Source: a virus
Lineage: Duplodnaviria; Heunggongvirae; Uroviricota; Caudoviricetes
Strand: one strand, 5' to 3'
Length of the DNA: 64,000 nt
IMG/VR virus record: IMGVR_UViG_3300045988_152430
The notes under the pieces are model-generated. The model saw nothing but the letters and a program-made list of their open reading frames with translations, made no database searches and was not told where the DNA came from. This document shows, piece after piece, positions 31,892 to 41,524 of the stretch. The position numbers and the translations under genes are program-made. The stretch's first letter is position 1, and each line of letters opens with the position of its first letter.

Positions 31892-32893
31892 ATGTCAAAG
31901 AAAAACAGACCAACAATTGGGCGAACCCTTAATCCTTCAATATTAAGCGGATTTGATAGTTCTTCAGCCTCTGGCGATCGAGTCGAGCAGGTATTCAAGT
32001 TATCAACTGGTCGCCAGGCCACATTTATTGAAGAGGTAATACCTCCGAACCAGGTAGAAAGCGATACCTTTGTTGATCAGCATAACAACGGGCGTGACCA
32101 GGCATCTCTTACGCCAAAATCATTAAAAAGTATCCGAAGCACTATTAAGCATCAGCAATTTTACCCTGCAATAGGTGTTAGACGGGCTACAGGGAAAATT
32201 GAAATTTTGGATGGTTCCCGGCGTCGAGCTTCTGCCATCTTAGAGAACGTAGGGTTGCGGGTTTTAGTCACGGACCAGGAGATCAGCGTTCAGGAAGCGC
32301 AAAATTTAGCGAAAGACGTTCAGACAGCATTGCAGCACAGCATTCGAGAAATAGGTCTGCGTTTGATGCGAATGAAAAATGATGGGATGAGTCAGAAGGA
32401 TATTGCAGCCAAGGAAGGGCTGTCTCAGGCGAAGGTCACGCGTGCTCTCCAGGCAGCGAGTGCTCCGGAAGAATTAGTCGCCCTTTTCCCTGTGCAGTCG
32501 GAATTAACCTTTTCGGACTACAAAACGCTTTGTGCTGTTGGCGACGAAATGGGGAACAAGAATTTAGAGTTTGATCAGCTTATTCAAAACATATCCCCGG
32601 AAATAAACGACATCTTATCCATTGAAGAAATGGCCGAAGATGAAGTTAAAAATAAAATCCTGCGCTTGATAACAAAGGAAGCCTCACTACTCACGGATAA
32701 AGGTTCTAAAGATAAGTCCGTAGTTACTGAATTATGGAAATTTGAGGACAAGGATCGCTTTGCAAGGAAGCGCGTGAAAGGCCGTGCATTTTCTTATGAG
32801 TTTAATCGACTTTCAAAAGAGCTACAGGAAGAACTCGACAGGATGATTGGGCATATCCTTAGAAAGAGCCTCGATAAAAAGCCGAAGCCTTAA
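31892..32893 (+). CDS. parB: Partition centromere-binding protein ParB
   Basis: 333 aa, immediately downstream of parA and upstream of heptamer/hexamer box centromere; matches recalled P1 ParB length. Confidence 0.9.
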   Translation: MSKKNRPTIGRTLNPSILSGFDSSSASGDRVEQVFKLSTGRQATFIEEVIPPNQVESDTFVDQHNNGRDQASLTPKSLKSIRSTIKHQQFYPAIGVRRATGKIEILDGSRRRASAILENVGLRVLVTDQEISVQEAQNLAKDVQTALQHSIREIGLRLMRMKNDGMSQKDIAAKEGLSQAKVTRALQAASAPEELVALFPVQSELTFSDYKTLCAVGDEMGNKNLEFDQLIQNISPEINDILSIEEMAEDEVKNKILRLITKEASLLTDKGSKDKSVVTELWKFEDKDRFARKRVKGRAFSYEFNRLSKELQEELDRMIGHILRKSLDKKPKP

Positions 32894-32894
32894 A

Positions 32895-32985
32895 CTTTCG
32901 CCATTCAAATTTCACTATTAACCTACTGTTTTTAAAGTAAATCCATCTAAAATTTCAAGGTGAAATCGCCACGATTTCACCTTGG
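32895..32985. other. parS centromere (heptamer A boxes ATTTCAC, hexamer B boxes TCGCCA, AT-rich IHF-type centre)
   Basis: TCGCCA..ATTTCAC at 32898-32915 and palindromic GTGAAATCGCCACGATTTCAC at 32961-32981 separated by an AT-rich spacer. Confidence 0.8.
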
Positions 32986-33046
32986 ATTTTACCTTCCTCC
33001 CCTACTCCCGAAAAAAATAAAAAAATTGCTTGTCACGAGAAAGTCA

Positions 33047-33067
33047 ACAAGTGACTTTCAATAAAAT
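33047..33067 (+). promoter_or_regulatory. Late-promoter-type element (ACAAGTGACT-N5-TAAAAT)
   Basis: Same motif architecture as the other late operons; about 50 nt upstream of the head-gene start. Confidence 0.55.
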
Positions 33068-33118
33068 CTCTTCCGAAAAGGGATTCACACAAGTGCCTTG
33101 TGTTTAAGGAAGAGTAAA

Positions 33119-34825
33119 TTGAGTAACTTACGCGAATACCAGAATCGTATTGCAGATATCGCAAAACGCTCTAAAGCTGTGCTTGGCTGGGCAAGCACTG
33201 CGCAGTTCGGTACTGATAACCAATTCATTAAAGATGATGCCGCGCGTGCCGCATCTATCCTTGAAGCTGCACGTAAAGACCCGGTTTTTGCGGGTATCTC
33301 TGATAATGCCACCGCTCAAATCGCTACAGCGTGGGCAAGTGCACTGGCTGACTACGCCGCAACACATAAATCTATGCCACGTCCGGAAATTCTGGCCTCC
33401 TGCCATCAGACGCTGGAAAACTGCCTGATTGAGTCCACCCGCAATAGCATGGACGCCACCAATAAAGCGATGCTGGAATCAGTCGCGGCAGAGATGATGA
33501 GTGTTTCTGACGGGGTTATGCGTCTGCCTTTATTCTTGGCGATGATCCTGCCTGTTCAGTTGGGGGCAGCTACCGCTGATGCGTGTACATTCATTCCGGT
33601 TACGCGTGACAAGTCCGAAATCTATGAAATCTTTAACGTAGCGGGTTCTTCTTTTGGCTCCTATGCTATTGGTGATGTTCTGGACATGCAATCCGTTGGC
33701 GTGTACAGCCAGTTGCGCCGCCGCTATGTGCTGGTTACAAGCTCCGACGGCACCAGCAAAACTGCAACCTTCAAGATGGAAGATGTCGAAGGTCAGAATG
33801 TCCCGATTCGCAAAGGTCGCACAAACATCTACGTTAACCGTATTAAGTCTGTTGTTGATAACGGCTCCGGTACTCTGCTTCACACATTCAATAACAAAGC
33901 AGGCGAACAAATCACTGTTACTTGCTCTTTGAATTACAACGTTGGTCAGATTGCCCTGTCGTTCTCCAAAGCGCCGGATAAAGGCACTGAGATCGCCATT
34001 GAGGCGGAGATCAATATAGAAGCAGCTCCTGAGCTGATCCCACTTATCAACCACGAAATGAAGAGTTACACCCTGTTCCCAAACCAGTTCGTCATCGCGG
34101 CTGAGCACACGGTACAGGCGGCGTATGAAGCACAGCGTGAATTTGGTCTGGATCTTGGCTCCCTACAGTTCCGCACCCTGAAGGAATACCTGTCCCATGA
34201 GCAAGATATGCTTCGTCTTCGTATCATGATTTGGCGAACTCTTGCGACCGACTCCTTTGATATTGCACTACCAGCTAACCAGACCTTTGATGTGTGGGCA
34301 ACCATCATTCGAGGCAAATTCCAGACGGTATATCGCGGTATTATTGAGCGTGTTAAATCTTCTGGTGCGATGGGGATGTATGCCGGTGCTGATGCGGCAT
34401 CTTTCTTCAAACAATTGCCGAAGGATTTCTTCCAGCCAGCAGAAGATTACATCCAGACCCCATACGTCCACTACATTGGCACTCTGTTCGGCAACGTCAA
34501 AGTGTTCGAAGTACCAGAAGGTATTTGTACGAACCTGACCGCCGACGGTATCCAGTTCAGCCCAATGGATGTGCTGTGCTACGTCCGTGATGAAAATCCG
34601 GGCAAAGCGGGCTTCGTAACTGGTGATGCAGTCCCGGCTGTCCCATTCCAGCATCCGACCACCCCGGCACTAGTCAACCGAACCACTCTGTGGGGTTCGG
34701 CTATCAACGATATGCATCCACGCAACGGTGCTGACTACTTCACCCGTGTAACTCTGACTATGGCAAAAAATGGCGGAATTAACTTCCTGACCGGTAACAC
34801 GATTGATGCTGGTGACTCTGAGTAA
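33119..34825 (+). CDS. Major head (capsid) protein precursor candidate
   Basis: Track ORF 33098..34825 starts on TTG; the TTG at 33119 has a strong AAGGAAG SD 6 nt upstream; Ala-rich helical N-terminal region like a capsid delta domain; first gene of a late operon next to parS. Confidence 0.55.
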   Translation: MSNLREYQNRIADIAKRSKAVLGWASTAQFGTDNQFIKDDAARAASILEAARKDPVFAGISDNATAQIATAWASALADYAATHKSMPRPEILASCHQTLENCLIESTRNSMDATNKAMLESVAAEMMSVSDGVMRLPLFLAMILPVQLGAATADACTFIPVTRDKSEIYEIFNVAGSSFGSYAIGDVLDMQSVGVYSQLRRRYVLVTSSDGTSKTATFKMEDVEGQNVPIRKGRTNIYVNRIKSVVDNGSGTLLHTFNNKAGEQITVTCSLNYNVGQIALSFSKAPDKGTEIAIEAEINIEAAPELIPLINHEMKSYTLFPNQFVIAAEHTVQAAYEAQREFGLDLGSLQFRTLKEYLSHEQDMLRLRIMIWRTLATDSFDIALPANQTFDVWATIIRGKFQTVYRGIIERVKSSGAMGMYAGADAASFFKQLPKDFFQPAEDYIQTPYVHYIGTLFGNVKVFEVPEGICTNLTADGIQFSPMDVLCYVRDENPGKAGFVTGDAVPAVPFQHPTTPALVNRTTLWGSAINDMHPRNGADYFTRVTLTMAKNGGINFLTGNTIDAGDSE

Positions 34826-34885
34826 TCAGGGGAAGCTCTCCGTTTAACATAGCGCCCCCGCGCGGGGCGCATAACAGGGAAAGTT

Positions 34886-36475
34886 ATGTCTCAATATTCA
34901 ATTCAACAGTCATTAGGTAATGCATCCGGCGTCGCGGTTAGCCCGATCAATGCCGATGCGACGTTATCTACCGGTGTTGCATTAAATAGCAGCTTGTGGG
35001 CTGGTATTGGCGTATTTGTGCGTGGCAAGCCGTTTACTGTTCTTGCGGTTACTGAGTCCAATTACGAAGATGTTCTTGGCGAACCGCTGAAGCCGTCTTC
35101 CGGCTCACAGTTTGAACCAATTCGCCATGTGTACGAAGCTATTCAGCAAACGTCTGGTTATGTTGTCCGTGCTGTTCCGGATGATGCGAAGTTCCCGATT
35201 ATTATGTTCGATGAATCAGGCGAACCGGCTAACAGTGCGTTGCCATACGGTTCTGAAATTGAACTTGATAGCGGCGAAGCCTTTGCTATCTACGTTGATG
35301 ATGGTGATCCGTGTATTTCACCTACCCGTGAGTTAACCATCGAAACGGCAACAGCGGACAGCGCGGGTAATGAACGCTTCCTCTTAAAACTGACCCAGAC
35401 GACTTCGCTCGGCGTGGTAACGACCCTGGAGACACACACTGTGTCTTTGGCGGAAGAAGCGAAAGATGACATGGGCCGCTTGTGTTATCTGCCTACGGCT
35501 CTGGAAGCCCGTTCTAAATATCTGCGCGCGGTTGTTAATGAAGAGCTAATTTCGACGGCGAAAGTAACAAATAAAAAATCGCTGGCGTTCACTGGTGGTA
35601 CCAACGGTGATCAGTCGAAAATCTCAACCGCTGCGTACCTGCGTGCGGTGAAAGTGCTGAACAATGCGCCGTACATGTACACCGCTGTTCTTGGCCTGGG
35701 CTGCTATGACAATGCGGCTATCACCGCATTAGGTAAAATCTGTGCAGATCGCCTGATTGATGGCTTCTTTGATGTCAAACCGACATTAACGTACGCAGAA
35801 GCACTACCAGCTGTAGAGGATACCGGTTTACTTGGTACCGATTATGTAAGCTGTTCTGTCTATCACTACCCGTTCTCCTGCAAAGACAAATGGACCCAAT
35901 CCCGTGTGGTCTTTGGTCTGTCTGGCGCGGCGTATGTGGCGAAAGCTCGTGGCGTCAAGAAAAACTCTGATGTCGGCGGTTGGCATTACTCACCGGCTGG
36001 TGAAGAACGTGCCGTCATTGCTCGTGCGTCAATTCAACCGCTGTATCCGGAAGATACCCCGGACGAAGAAGCAATGGTCAAGGGCCGTCTCAATAAAGTA
36101 TCTGTTGGCACCTCTGGCCAGATGATCATCGACGATGCTTTAACTTGCTGCACGCAGGATAACTATCTGCACTTCCAGCACGTCCCATCCCTGATGAATG
36201 CAATCAGTCGTTTCTTTGTCCAGTTAGCCCGACAGATGAAGCATAGCCCGGACGGTATTACTGCGGCTGGCCTGACTAAAGGGATGACCAAACTTTTAGA
36301 TCGCTTTGTCGCCTCCGGCGCTCTGGTGGCTCCTCGTGATCCCGATGCTGACGGTACAGAACCGTATGTGCTGAAAGTTACGCAGGCGGAATTCGATAAA
36401 TGGGAAGTAGTCTGGGCCTGCTGCCCGACTGGCGTAGCCCGTCGTATCCAGGGCGTACCGCTGCTTATTAAGTAA
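34886..36475 (+). CDS. Contractile tail sheath protein candidate (529 aa)
   Basis: Size and position after the head gene; N-terminal GVFVRGKPFTVLAVTE and C-terminal region resemble sheath family patterns (weak, by eye). Confidence 0.5.
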   Translation: MSQYSIQQSLGNASGVAVSPINADATLSTGVALNSSLWAGIGVFVRGKPFTVLAVTESNYEDVLGEPLKPSSGSQFEPIRHVYEAIQQTSGYVVRAVPDDAKFPIIMFDESGEPANSALPYGSEIELDSGEAFAIYVDDGDPCISPTRELTIETATADSAGNERFLLKLTQTTSLGVVTTLETHTVSLAEEAKDDMGRLCYLPTALEARSKYLRAVVNEELISTAKVTNKKSLAFTGGTNGDQSKISTAAYLRAVKVLNNAPYMYTAVLGLGCYDNAAITALGKICADRLIDGFFDVKPTLTYAEALPAVEDTGLLGTDYVSCSVYHYPFSCKDKWTQSRVVFGLSGAAYVAKARGVKKNSDVGGWHYSPAGEERAVIARASIQPLYPEDTPDEEAMVKGRLNKVSVGTSGQMIIDDALTCCTQDNYLHFQHVPSLMNAISRFFVQLARQMKHSPDGITAAGLTKGMTKLLDRFVASGALVAPRDPDADGTEPYVLKVTQAEFDKWEVVWACCPTGVARRIQGVPLLIK

Positions 36476-36484
36476 GGGAATACA

Positions 36485-37300
36485 ATGAGCAAAAACTTTT
36501 TTCAATCCGGGGCATTTTTGGGGAATGGACTGTCCCGTTTCGCTTTGAACTCTGATCCTGTGCAGCTGATGGAGTCTGCCCGAGCAAGCGCCGAACCGCC
36601 AACAGATCCGGTTATTAATAATAATCCGGAACCGGCGGCACAGACTAACGATAACGTTCCATCTGCCCCGGCTCCAGAGCAAATCCTGGAAGGGAAAGAC
36701 GGTAAAGAATGGACCGTCGAACAGGCGCACCAGATGATTCTGGAAGCTGCAAATCGAAGTGCTATGCAGAATGCGTTGAGTGATGCGGCCGACGCCGTTT
36801 TCTCCTGGGCTGATAGCGGTGATCTGACTTTCGACTCCCTTGATGGTTTCGTTCAGGCTATCGCTGGTATCTCTGATGACGACGACTCCGAAGTTACAGA
36901 AGAACAGGACGATGCCTATAACGAAGCATGGGCAAATGTTGCTGACTTCCTCGCAGCATGCGGTGTAGATGATGACCTGATCGAAGCACTGGCTGACGAT
37001 GAAGACGACGACGCTGCTGCTGATGTTGGTGCCTCTATCGCTGGTTTAGATAGCGACGACCGCGACGAACTGGAAGCGGCGTTTGTTGTTGCTGGCACTT
37101 CTGATGAAATGCTGACTGAAGCATTTAAGAAGGTTGTTCGTAACGGTGAGATCAAACTCATCCGTAAACGCCTGCGTAAAAAACGTCTGACTGCGGCTCA
37201 AAAATCGGCGCTGAAAAAAGCGCGTCGAAAAGCCCAGACCGGCGCGGCAAAACTTGCCCGCAAAAAGTCAATGAAACTGCGCCGTAAGCGCCTTGGCTAA
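36485..37300 (+). CDS. Acidic protein with strongly basic C-terminal tail (271 aa)
   Basis: Asp/Glu-rich core then KRLRKKRLTAAQKSALKKARRKAQ...; tail-operon context. Confidence 0.5.
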   Translation: MSKNFFQSGAFLGNGLSRFALNSDPVQLMESARASAEPPTDPVINNNPEPAAQTNDNVPSAPAPEQILEGKDGKEWTVEQAHQMILEAANRSAMQNALSDAADAVFSWADSGDLTFDSLDGFVQAIAGISDDDDSEVTEEQDDAYNEAWANVADFLAACGVDDDLIEALADDEDDDAAADVGASIAGLDSDDRDELEAAFVVAGTSDEMLTEAFKKVVRNGEIKLIRKRLRKKRLTAAQKSALKKARRKAQTGAAKLARKKSMKLRRKRLG

Positions 37301-37303
37301 AGG

Positions 37304-37332
37304 AGGAGGCCGGAGAACTCCGGCCTTTAACT
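37304..37332 (+). terminator. Intergenic GC hairpin (weak terminator/attenuator or translational-control stem)
   Basis: ggccggag-aa-ctccggcc followed by TTT; stem overlaps the AGGAGGAGG upstream of the 37336 ATG. Confidence 0.35.
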
Positions 37333-37335
37333 TGA

Positions 37336-37917
37336 ATGGCACCTATACCTTATGGGGTTTACAGCCAGGCTGACGGTGTATCGCCATTTCTGAAAGTTAC
37401 TTTAACGAACTCTCAGTACCAGGTTACCGGATATATCAGCCAGGGAGCGGCAATGAACATGGCCCAGAATTGGGAAGCGCCGTTTACCGGTATGTCCATG
37501 GGATCTGTTTCTGGTGCTCTGGGTGGTTTTGTGCAAGTAGGTACTGAAACAACGTCGGTTGCCCGTTGGAATAGCTTAATGGTTTGGGAAGGGGGGACTC
37601 CGCCGACGTTCACGCTGCCTGTAACTTTCATTGCTTTGAACAATCCATTCATTGAAGTTTCAGGCGCTATCGCCGCGTTGACAGCCATGATTAGCCCGGA
37701 ACTAAAAGCGGCCAATGTTGGTGGTCGAATCCCGGAGCGCGTGACGCTAAACATTGGTCGCCGGATCAACATCACCGATGTCGCCATCCAGGACTTAAGT
37801 TTTGATCTCGATGCGCCAAGGGACAGTAATGGATATTTCCTGAAAAACACCGTCAACCTCCAGTTGACCGGTTCTTCGATATATAACAGCTCCGATATTG
37901 TTCGGGCGTTCCAGTAA
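37336..37917 (+). CDS. Tail/baseplate structural protein candidate (193 aa)
   Basis: ORF in track, late operon context. Confidence 0.5.
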   Translation: MAPIPYGVYSQADGVSPFLKVTLTNSQYQVTGYISQGAAMNMAQNWEAPFTGMSMGSVSGALGGFVQVGTETTSVARWNSLMVWEGGTPPTFTLPVTFIALNNPFIEVSGAIAALTAMISPELKAANVGGRIPERVTLNIGRRINITDVAIQDLSFDLDAPRDSNGYFLKNTVNLQLTGSSIYNSSDIVRAFQ

Positions 37918-37928
37918 AAGGATTTTAT

Positions 37929-38438
37929 ATGGGGCACAATAACACTAAGGGAAACCGTAAATTTATTAAGGGCCGCTATACTGCCAACGCGGCCAAAGGC
38001 GAACGACTGGTATCTTCTGAATTCCAGCTCACTTTTGCAGGCCATGAAGATATCAGCGTACTGGTTCGCACGTCGCAAATCCCTGAAATGACACGCGAGG
38101 ATGTGGAGGACTATGGTCCGAATGGTGTGAAGTTCAACCAGCACGGACCAATTCGAAACTCTGGGGAAATCCAGGTCCAGTGCGTGGAGACTATCGAAGG
38201 CGATATTCTTCAGTTCATCAAGGATCGCATTGCGGCGAAGGACTATGTTGATATCACGATGGCTGCTACCCCTGAATCCAAATCTTCCGGGGTTAACGCT
38301 GTGACAAAAGCTGCTACAACAATTGAAATGTTGGACTGCAAAATCTACAGTGATGCAATCGACTTTAGTACCGAAGATGTGACTGCCGCTGTGCGCCCGT
38401 CACTTCGTATCGTCTACAACTGGATTGAGTGGGATTAA
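37929..38438 (+). CDS. Tail tube-like protein candidate (169 aa)
   Basis: Tube-sized ORF ending the operon just before a strong terminator; assignment tentative. Confidence 0.4.
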   Translation: MGHNNTKGNRKFIKGRYTANAAKGERLVSSEFQLTFAGHEDISVLVRTSQIPEMTREDVEDYGPNGVKFNQHGPIRNSGEIQVQCVETIEGDILQFIKDRIAAKDYVDITMAATPESKSSGVNAVTKAATTIEMLDCKIYSDAIDFSTEDVTAAVRPSLRIVYNWIEWD

Positions 38439-38455
38439 GAGTCATCCCTTGTATT

Positions 38456-38482
38456 TTAAAGCTCCTTCGGGAGCTTTTTTTA
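38456..38482 (+). terminator. Rho-independent terminator
   Basis: aagctcc-ttcg-ggagctt followed by a run of six or more T. Confidence 0.7.
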
Positions 38483-38609
38483 TAACTATTTTATATAAGA
38501 ATGCATCGATAACATTGTCTTGAGTTTTATGTTAGATTATTAATGTTCTAATAAACTACAATTATTGAGGTAGATGTTTGTGCCTGTACTGTTAAAGGGG
38601 GACTCTAAA

Positions 38610-39206
38610 ATGGCTGTGATTCCAATGTCGTACTCCCCGGGTACTGTCGCTCGTCGATTTTCGATCCTGGACGGAGTTACCATCCAGGGTGTGCTTTACC
38701 AGGTTATATGGGATTCCAAAACCCCATTTGCAGCTGTAATAGAGGCTGCGCCTTCTGTTATCGATGGTGATATGCGCCATAAGGTTGTCGCTACTCTTGA
38801 ACTTCAACGTCGCCCGCAGCTTGAAGGCGTACTGGTAAGGAAGTTCTGGGAGGATAGCGATGTTGCCCAGATTGAAGGTATCGTGGTTGATGGAACCGTC
38901 CGGGATGTCGGTTTAGCTACTTTTGTTTACGAAACCGTAGCCTCAAAAGCTGGTGTTGTTTTGCTCAGTGATAATGAGCAATACGAAGGTGGAAAAGCTC
39001 TTTGGCAACACATCGCCCGTCGCTCTTCCGAGCTAAAAGTGTTTATCCTCGACACCGATGCCGCTCAGTATTACCCGTTTGACGGCGAACGTGTTTGCTA
39101 TGACGGGGTAAGTATTCCTGAATCCGAGATATGGAGTGAACACCCAGATCGAAGTAAGCATGGGGTTGTTCTGGTCGCTGAATCCATAATTGGAAAGGCG
39201 GCATAG
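38610..39206 (+). CDS. Hypothetical protein (198 aa from ATG at 38610)
   Basis: Track ORF 38574..39206; the ATG at 38610 has an AAGGGGGA SD; isolated between a terminator and the repL region. Confidence 0.5.
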   Translation: MAVIPMSYSPGTVARRFSILDGVTIQGVLYQVIWDSKTPFAAVIEAAPSVIDGDMRHKVVATLELQRRPQLEGVLVRKFWEDSDVAQIEGIVVDGTVRDVGLATFVYETVASKAGVVLLSDNEQYEGGKALWQHIARRSSELKVFILDTDAAQYYPFDGERVCYDGVSIPESEIWSEHPDRSKHGVVLVAESIIGKAA

Positions 39207-39388
39207 CAGTAAAAAATTCCTTGCTCCTAAAAAGGGGAGAGGGCTAATCTACGTATGCTAAGCATAGATATGGCCTCAGATTAATGTTAAGCGTCTTGCA
39301 GGACGCGTAATGTTATCTGGGGCTTTCTTCTATCTGCTTGTCGGGTAATGCCTGAAGCAGATAGCCTCAAGCACCCGCAGCGATTGTA

Positions 39389-39634
39389 TCAATGTCTGGC
39401 TTTTTTTCTATAGAAATCACCTGGAAGGGTGAATATCCACATCAGAAGAAATGTTGCAGCAAACATGATCCCTAATGGCCAGACCGCGCCAAAGAAAATC
39501 CATACTAAGATCTCCTCTGCTCGTTCTTTGCGGTCGATATCGACAAGCATTTTTCGGCTGATCATGTATACACAGAAGCCAATACAAACATATCCTGCAA
39601 AAGCGATCGCTAACTGTAAAAAATCAGATTGCAT
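39389..39634 (-). CDS. Small membrane protein downstream of repL (about 81 aa from internal ATG)
   Basis: Track ORF 39389..39715; ATG at 39634 has a GAGGTCGGAG SD; two hydrophobic helices. Confidence 0.35.
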   Translation of the reverse strand: MQSDFLQLAIAFAGYVCIGFCVYMISRKMLVDIDRKERAEEILVWIFFGAVWPLGIMFAATFLLMWIFTLPGDFYRKKARH

Positions 39635-39684
39635 CTCCGACCTCAAACTGAAAACGCCAGGTGACTCCAGATTAGAGCAATCTA

Positions 39685-40530
39685 TCACCCTCTGAATCCT
39701 GCCGGTATACCCCATTTTTCGTTATCTTTATTTTTGGCTAAAACCGCATTAAGAGCTTCGTTTACCGTCATGCAATGCGGCAAATTATCGAAGTTTGATA
39801 CCCCGCCAATATCAGGAGAACGCTTGTTCTTCAGGTAAGCATATTTCCGCGCTGCCGCCTCTACTTTCTGCTTGAACTCATGTTTTTGTGCGCGTTTTTT
39901 GGATAACCGCAGATTGTCAGCCTTTGCTTTTGTCTCAGCGATCCATGAAGTCAATTTTTTGAGTCTGCTCGTTCCGGCACCGCCGGAAACTGATCTTTTT
40001 GTTTTTTTAACTTGTGACTTCTTATTCTTTATTGCCACGTCATCCTGACAGGGGGAGGGGGTATCATTTTGACATGGGGGTGTGGATAAAAAATTAAATA
40101 AAGCCAATGTCTTAGCGAGAACAGCTTTAACCTTGGTTGCCGCTGAAGAGATCTTTAATTTGCTTTCAATCAGCGCATTTTTGGCTTGTTGTGCGAAGGC
40201 CAAAAAGGATGGTGTAAACCGGTACAGGTTAGCGCGACGTTCACGGTGATCGCCGATAACAATCTCTACAGACAGGATTCCTTTGTTTACAGCTTCACGG
40301 AATGCACGAACGACGGTTGATTGGCTATAACCAGTTTCTGCCGCGATCAGGCGGTGAGGCTTGTGAATGAAGTATTCACTGGTTGTTGCCGCGAGATTTG
40401 CACATTGCGACAGGATATGCCCGGCGCTACGGGATAGACCGGAGTGTGTTACAAAGCAGGCCAATTCATAGCCAGAAAAAGTAAAATCGCTCATCGTTAT
40501 ACAGCTCAGGAAAGTGACTTTAGCCAGCAT
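39685..40530 (-). CDS. repL: Lytic replication initiator RepL
   Basis: 281-aa ORF directly downstream of kilA in the C1-operator-controlled unit; composition and length match recalled P1 RepL. Confidence 0.75.
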   Translation of the reverse strand: MLAKVTFLSCITMSDFTFSGYELACFVTHSGLSRSAGHILSQCANLAATTSEYFIHKPHRLIAAETGYSQSTVVRAFREAVNKGILSVEIVIGDHRERRANLYRFTPSFLAFAQQAKNALIESKLKISSAATKVKAVLAKTLALFNFLSTPPCQNDTPSPCQDDVAIKNKKSQVKKTKRSVSGGAGTSRLKKLTSWIAETKAKADNLRLSKKRAQKHEFKQKVEAAARKYAYLKNKRSPDIGGVSNFDNLPHCMTVNEALNAVLAKNKDNEKWGIPAGFRG

Positions 40531-40559
40531 TACAATGCTGGTGGTTCTTACTACGTCTG

Positions 40560-41360
40560 TTAGCGCGTTGCCGCGACAGGTACCAGCACACCAGCATCAA
40601 GCAATCGCTTCATCAGCCACTGCTGACCTTTGCCGGTTATACGAGTCGTGAAAGAAATCCTGCTTCCATTGCTTGTATCGATCACGGTTTCTTTAAGGGT
40701 GAAATACCCACGGGATATGTATTCTTGTTTGGGGACGTTCCTGCGTTCACCGGTTGCGATCAGAATTCCGTTATCACGCAACCAGGTGAAGAGATAGTTT
40801 TGGCCCAGGCCGAGCACTTTGGCATAGTTGCCGATTAGAACCCCGCTGGCGGTAGCAACGCGTTCAGCGAATTCGACTTTAGGTGCATCCATAAGCATTT
40901 TTTGCTCCAGCCGTTGCTTTTGCTCTGCCAGGTCGGCAGCCAAACGGAGAGCTTCAGGGAGACTCTGCGGAATAGCAGGTTGTAATCTTCCGGTTCGATA
41001 GTCGATAAATGTCTGGTTTACCTTCAGCCGAAACGCGGGAGAAATCCAGCCTGCGTACTCCACAGCGAGCAATTCATGGGCAAAAGTGCCGCCGCCACGG
41101 CCTTCGAACGAAACTATGCAATTCTGCATAGTTTCTTTTTCAAGCTCTTCGATGAGCTGTTTAGCTGACAGCGTTCTTAGCCATTGAGCTGGCGCTTTAT
41201 GGGCACCGAGTCCGCTCGCTCTGTGTAGAGCATTAAGGTTGTAACGGCCAGCGCGGTCGGTCGTAATTTCAACACCACAAATAACGGGCAGAGTGGTTGA
41301 AGGATCGACATTTTGATGAAGGTTTGATATATTCATATCCGCATTGAATGTTTGTTGCAT
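40560..41360 (-). CDS. kilA: KilA (KilA-N domain plus C-terminal antirepressor-type domain)
   Basis: 266 aa; C-terminal 130 aa paralogous to the Ant C-terminus; operator about 70 bp upstream. Confidence 0.8.
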   Translation of the reverse strand: MQQTFNADMNISNLHQNVDPSTTLPVICGVEITTDRAGRYNLNALHRASGLGAHKAPAQWLRTLSAKQLIEELEKETMQNCIVSFEGRGGGTFAHELLAVEYAGWISPAFRLKVNQTFIDYRTGRLQPAIPQSLPEALRLAADLAEQKQRLEQKMLMDAPKVEFAERVATASGVLIGNYAKVLGLGQNYLFTWLRDNGILIATGERRNVPKQEYISRGYFTLKETVIDTSNGSRISFTTRITGKGQQWLMKRLLDAGVLVPVAATR

Positions 41361-41429
41361 TTTTTCTCCAAATTTGCATCAACCTTCAATCACCAGCTCG
41401 AAATGGTGATTCTTTGCACTTAGAAAACG

Positions 41430-41446
41430 AAATTTATTAGAGCAAA
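41430..41446 (-). promoter_or_regulatory. C1-repressor-type operator upstream of kilA-repL (TTTGCTCTAATAAATTT on minus strand)
   Basis: 16/17 match to consensus, correctly placed for the promoter of the lytic replicon. Confidence 0.65.
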
Positions 41447-41524
41447 TTTTTCTGGCTCGATCCAGATCGGGTTGGACGATCTGCTCAGAAACCTGCCAGT
41501 TTGCTGGCAGGTTTTTTTCTTTTG

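Noticed and set aside
33530-34654. Minus-strand ORFs (192, 128 and 114 aa) inside the putative major head gene
   Set aside because: Fully antisense to a 570-aa late gene with good SD; no supporting signals.
37413-38144. Minus-strand 243-aa ORF spanning two plus-strand tail genes
   Set aside because: Antisense across a gene junction and terminator-proximal region; incompatible with the operon structure.
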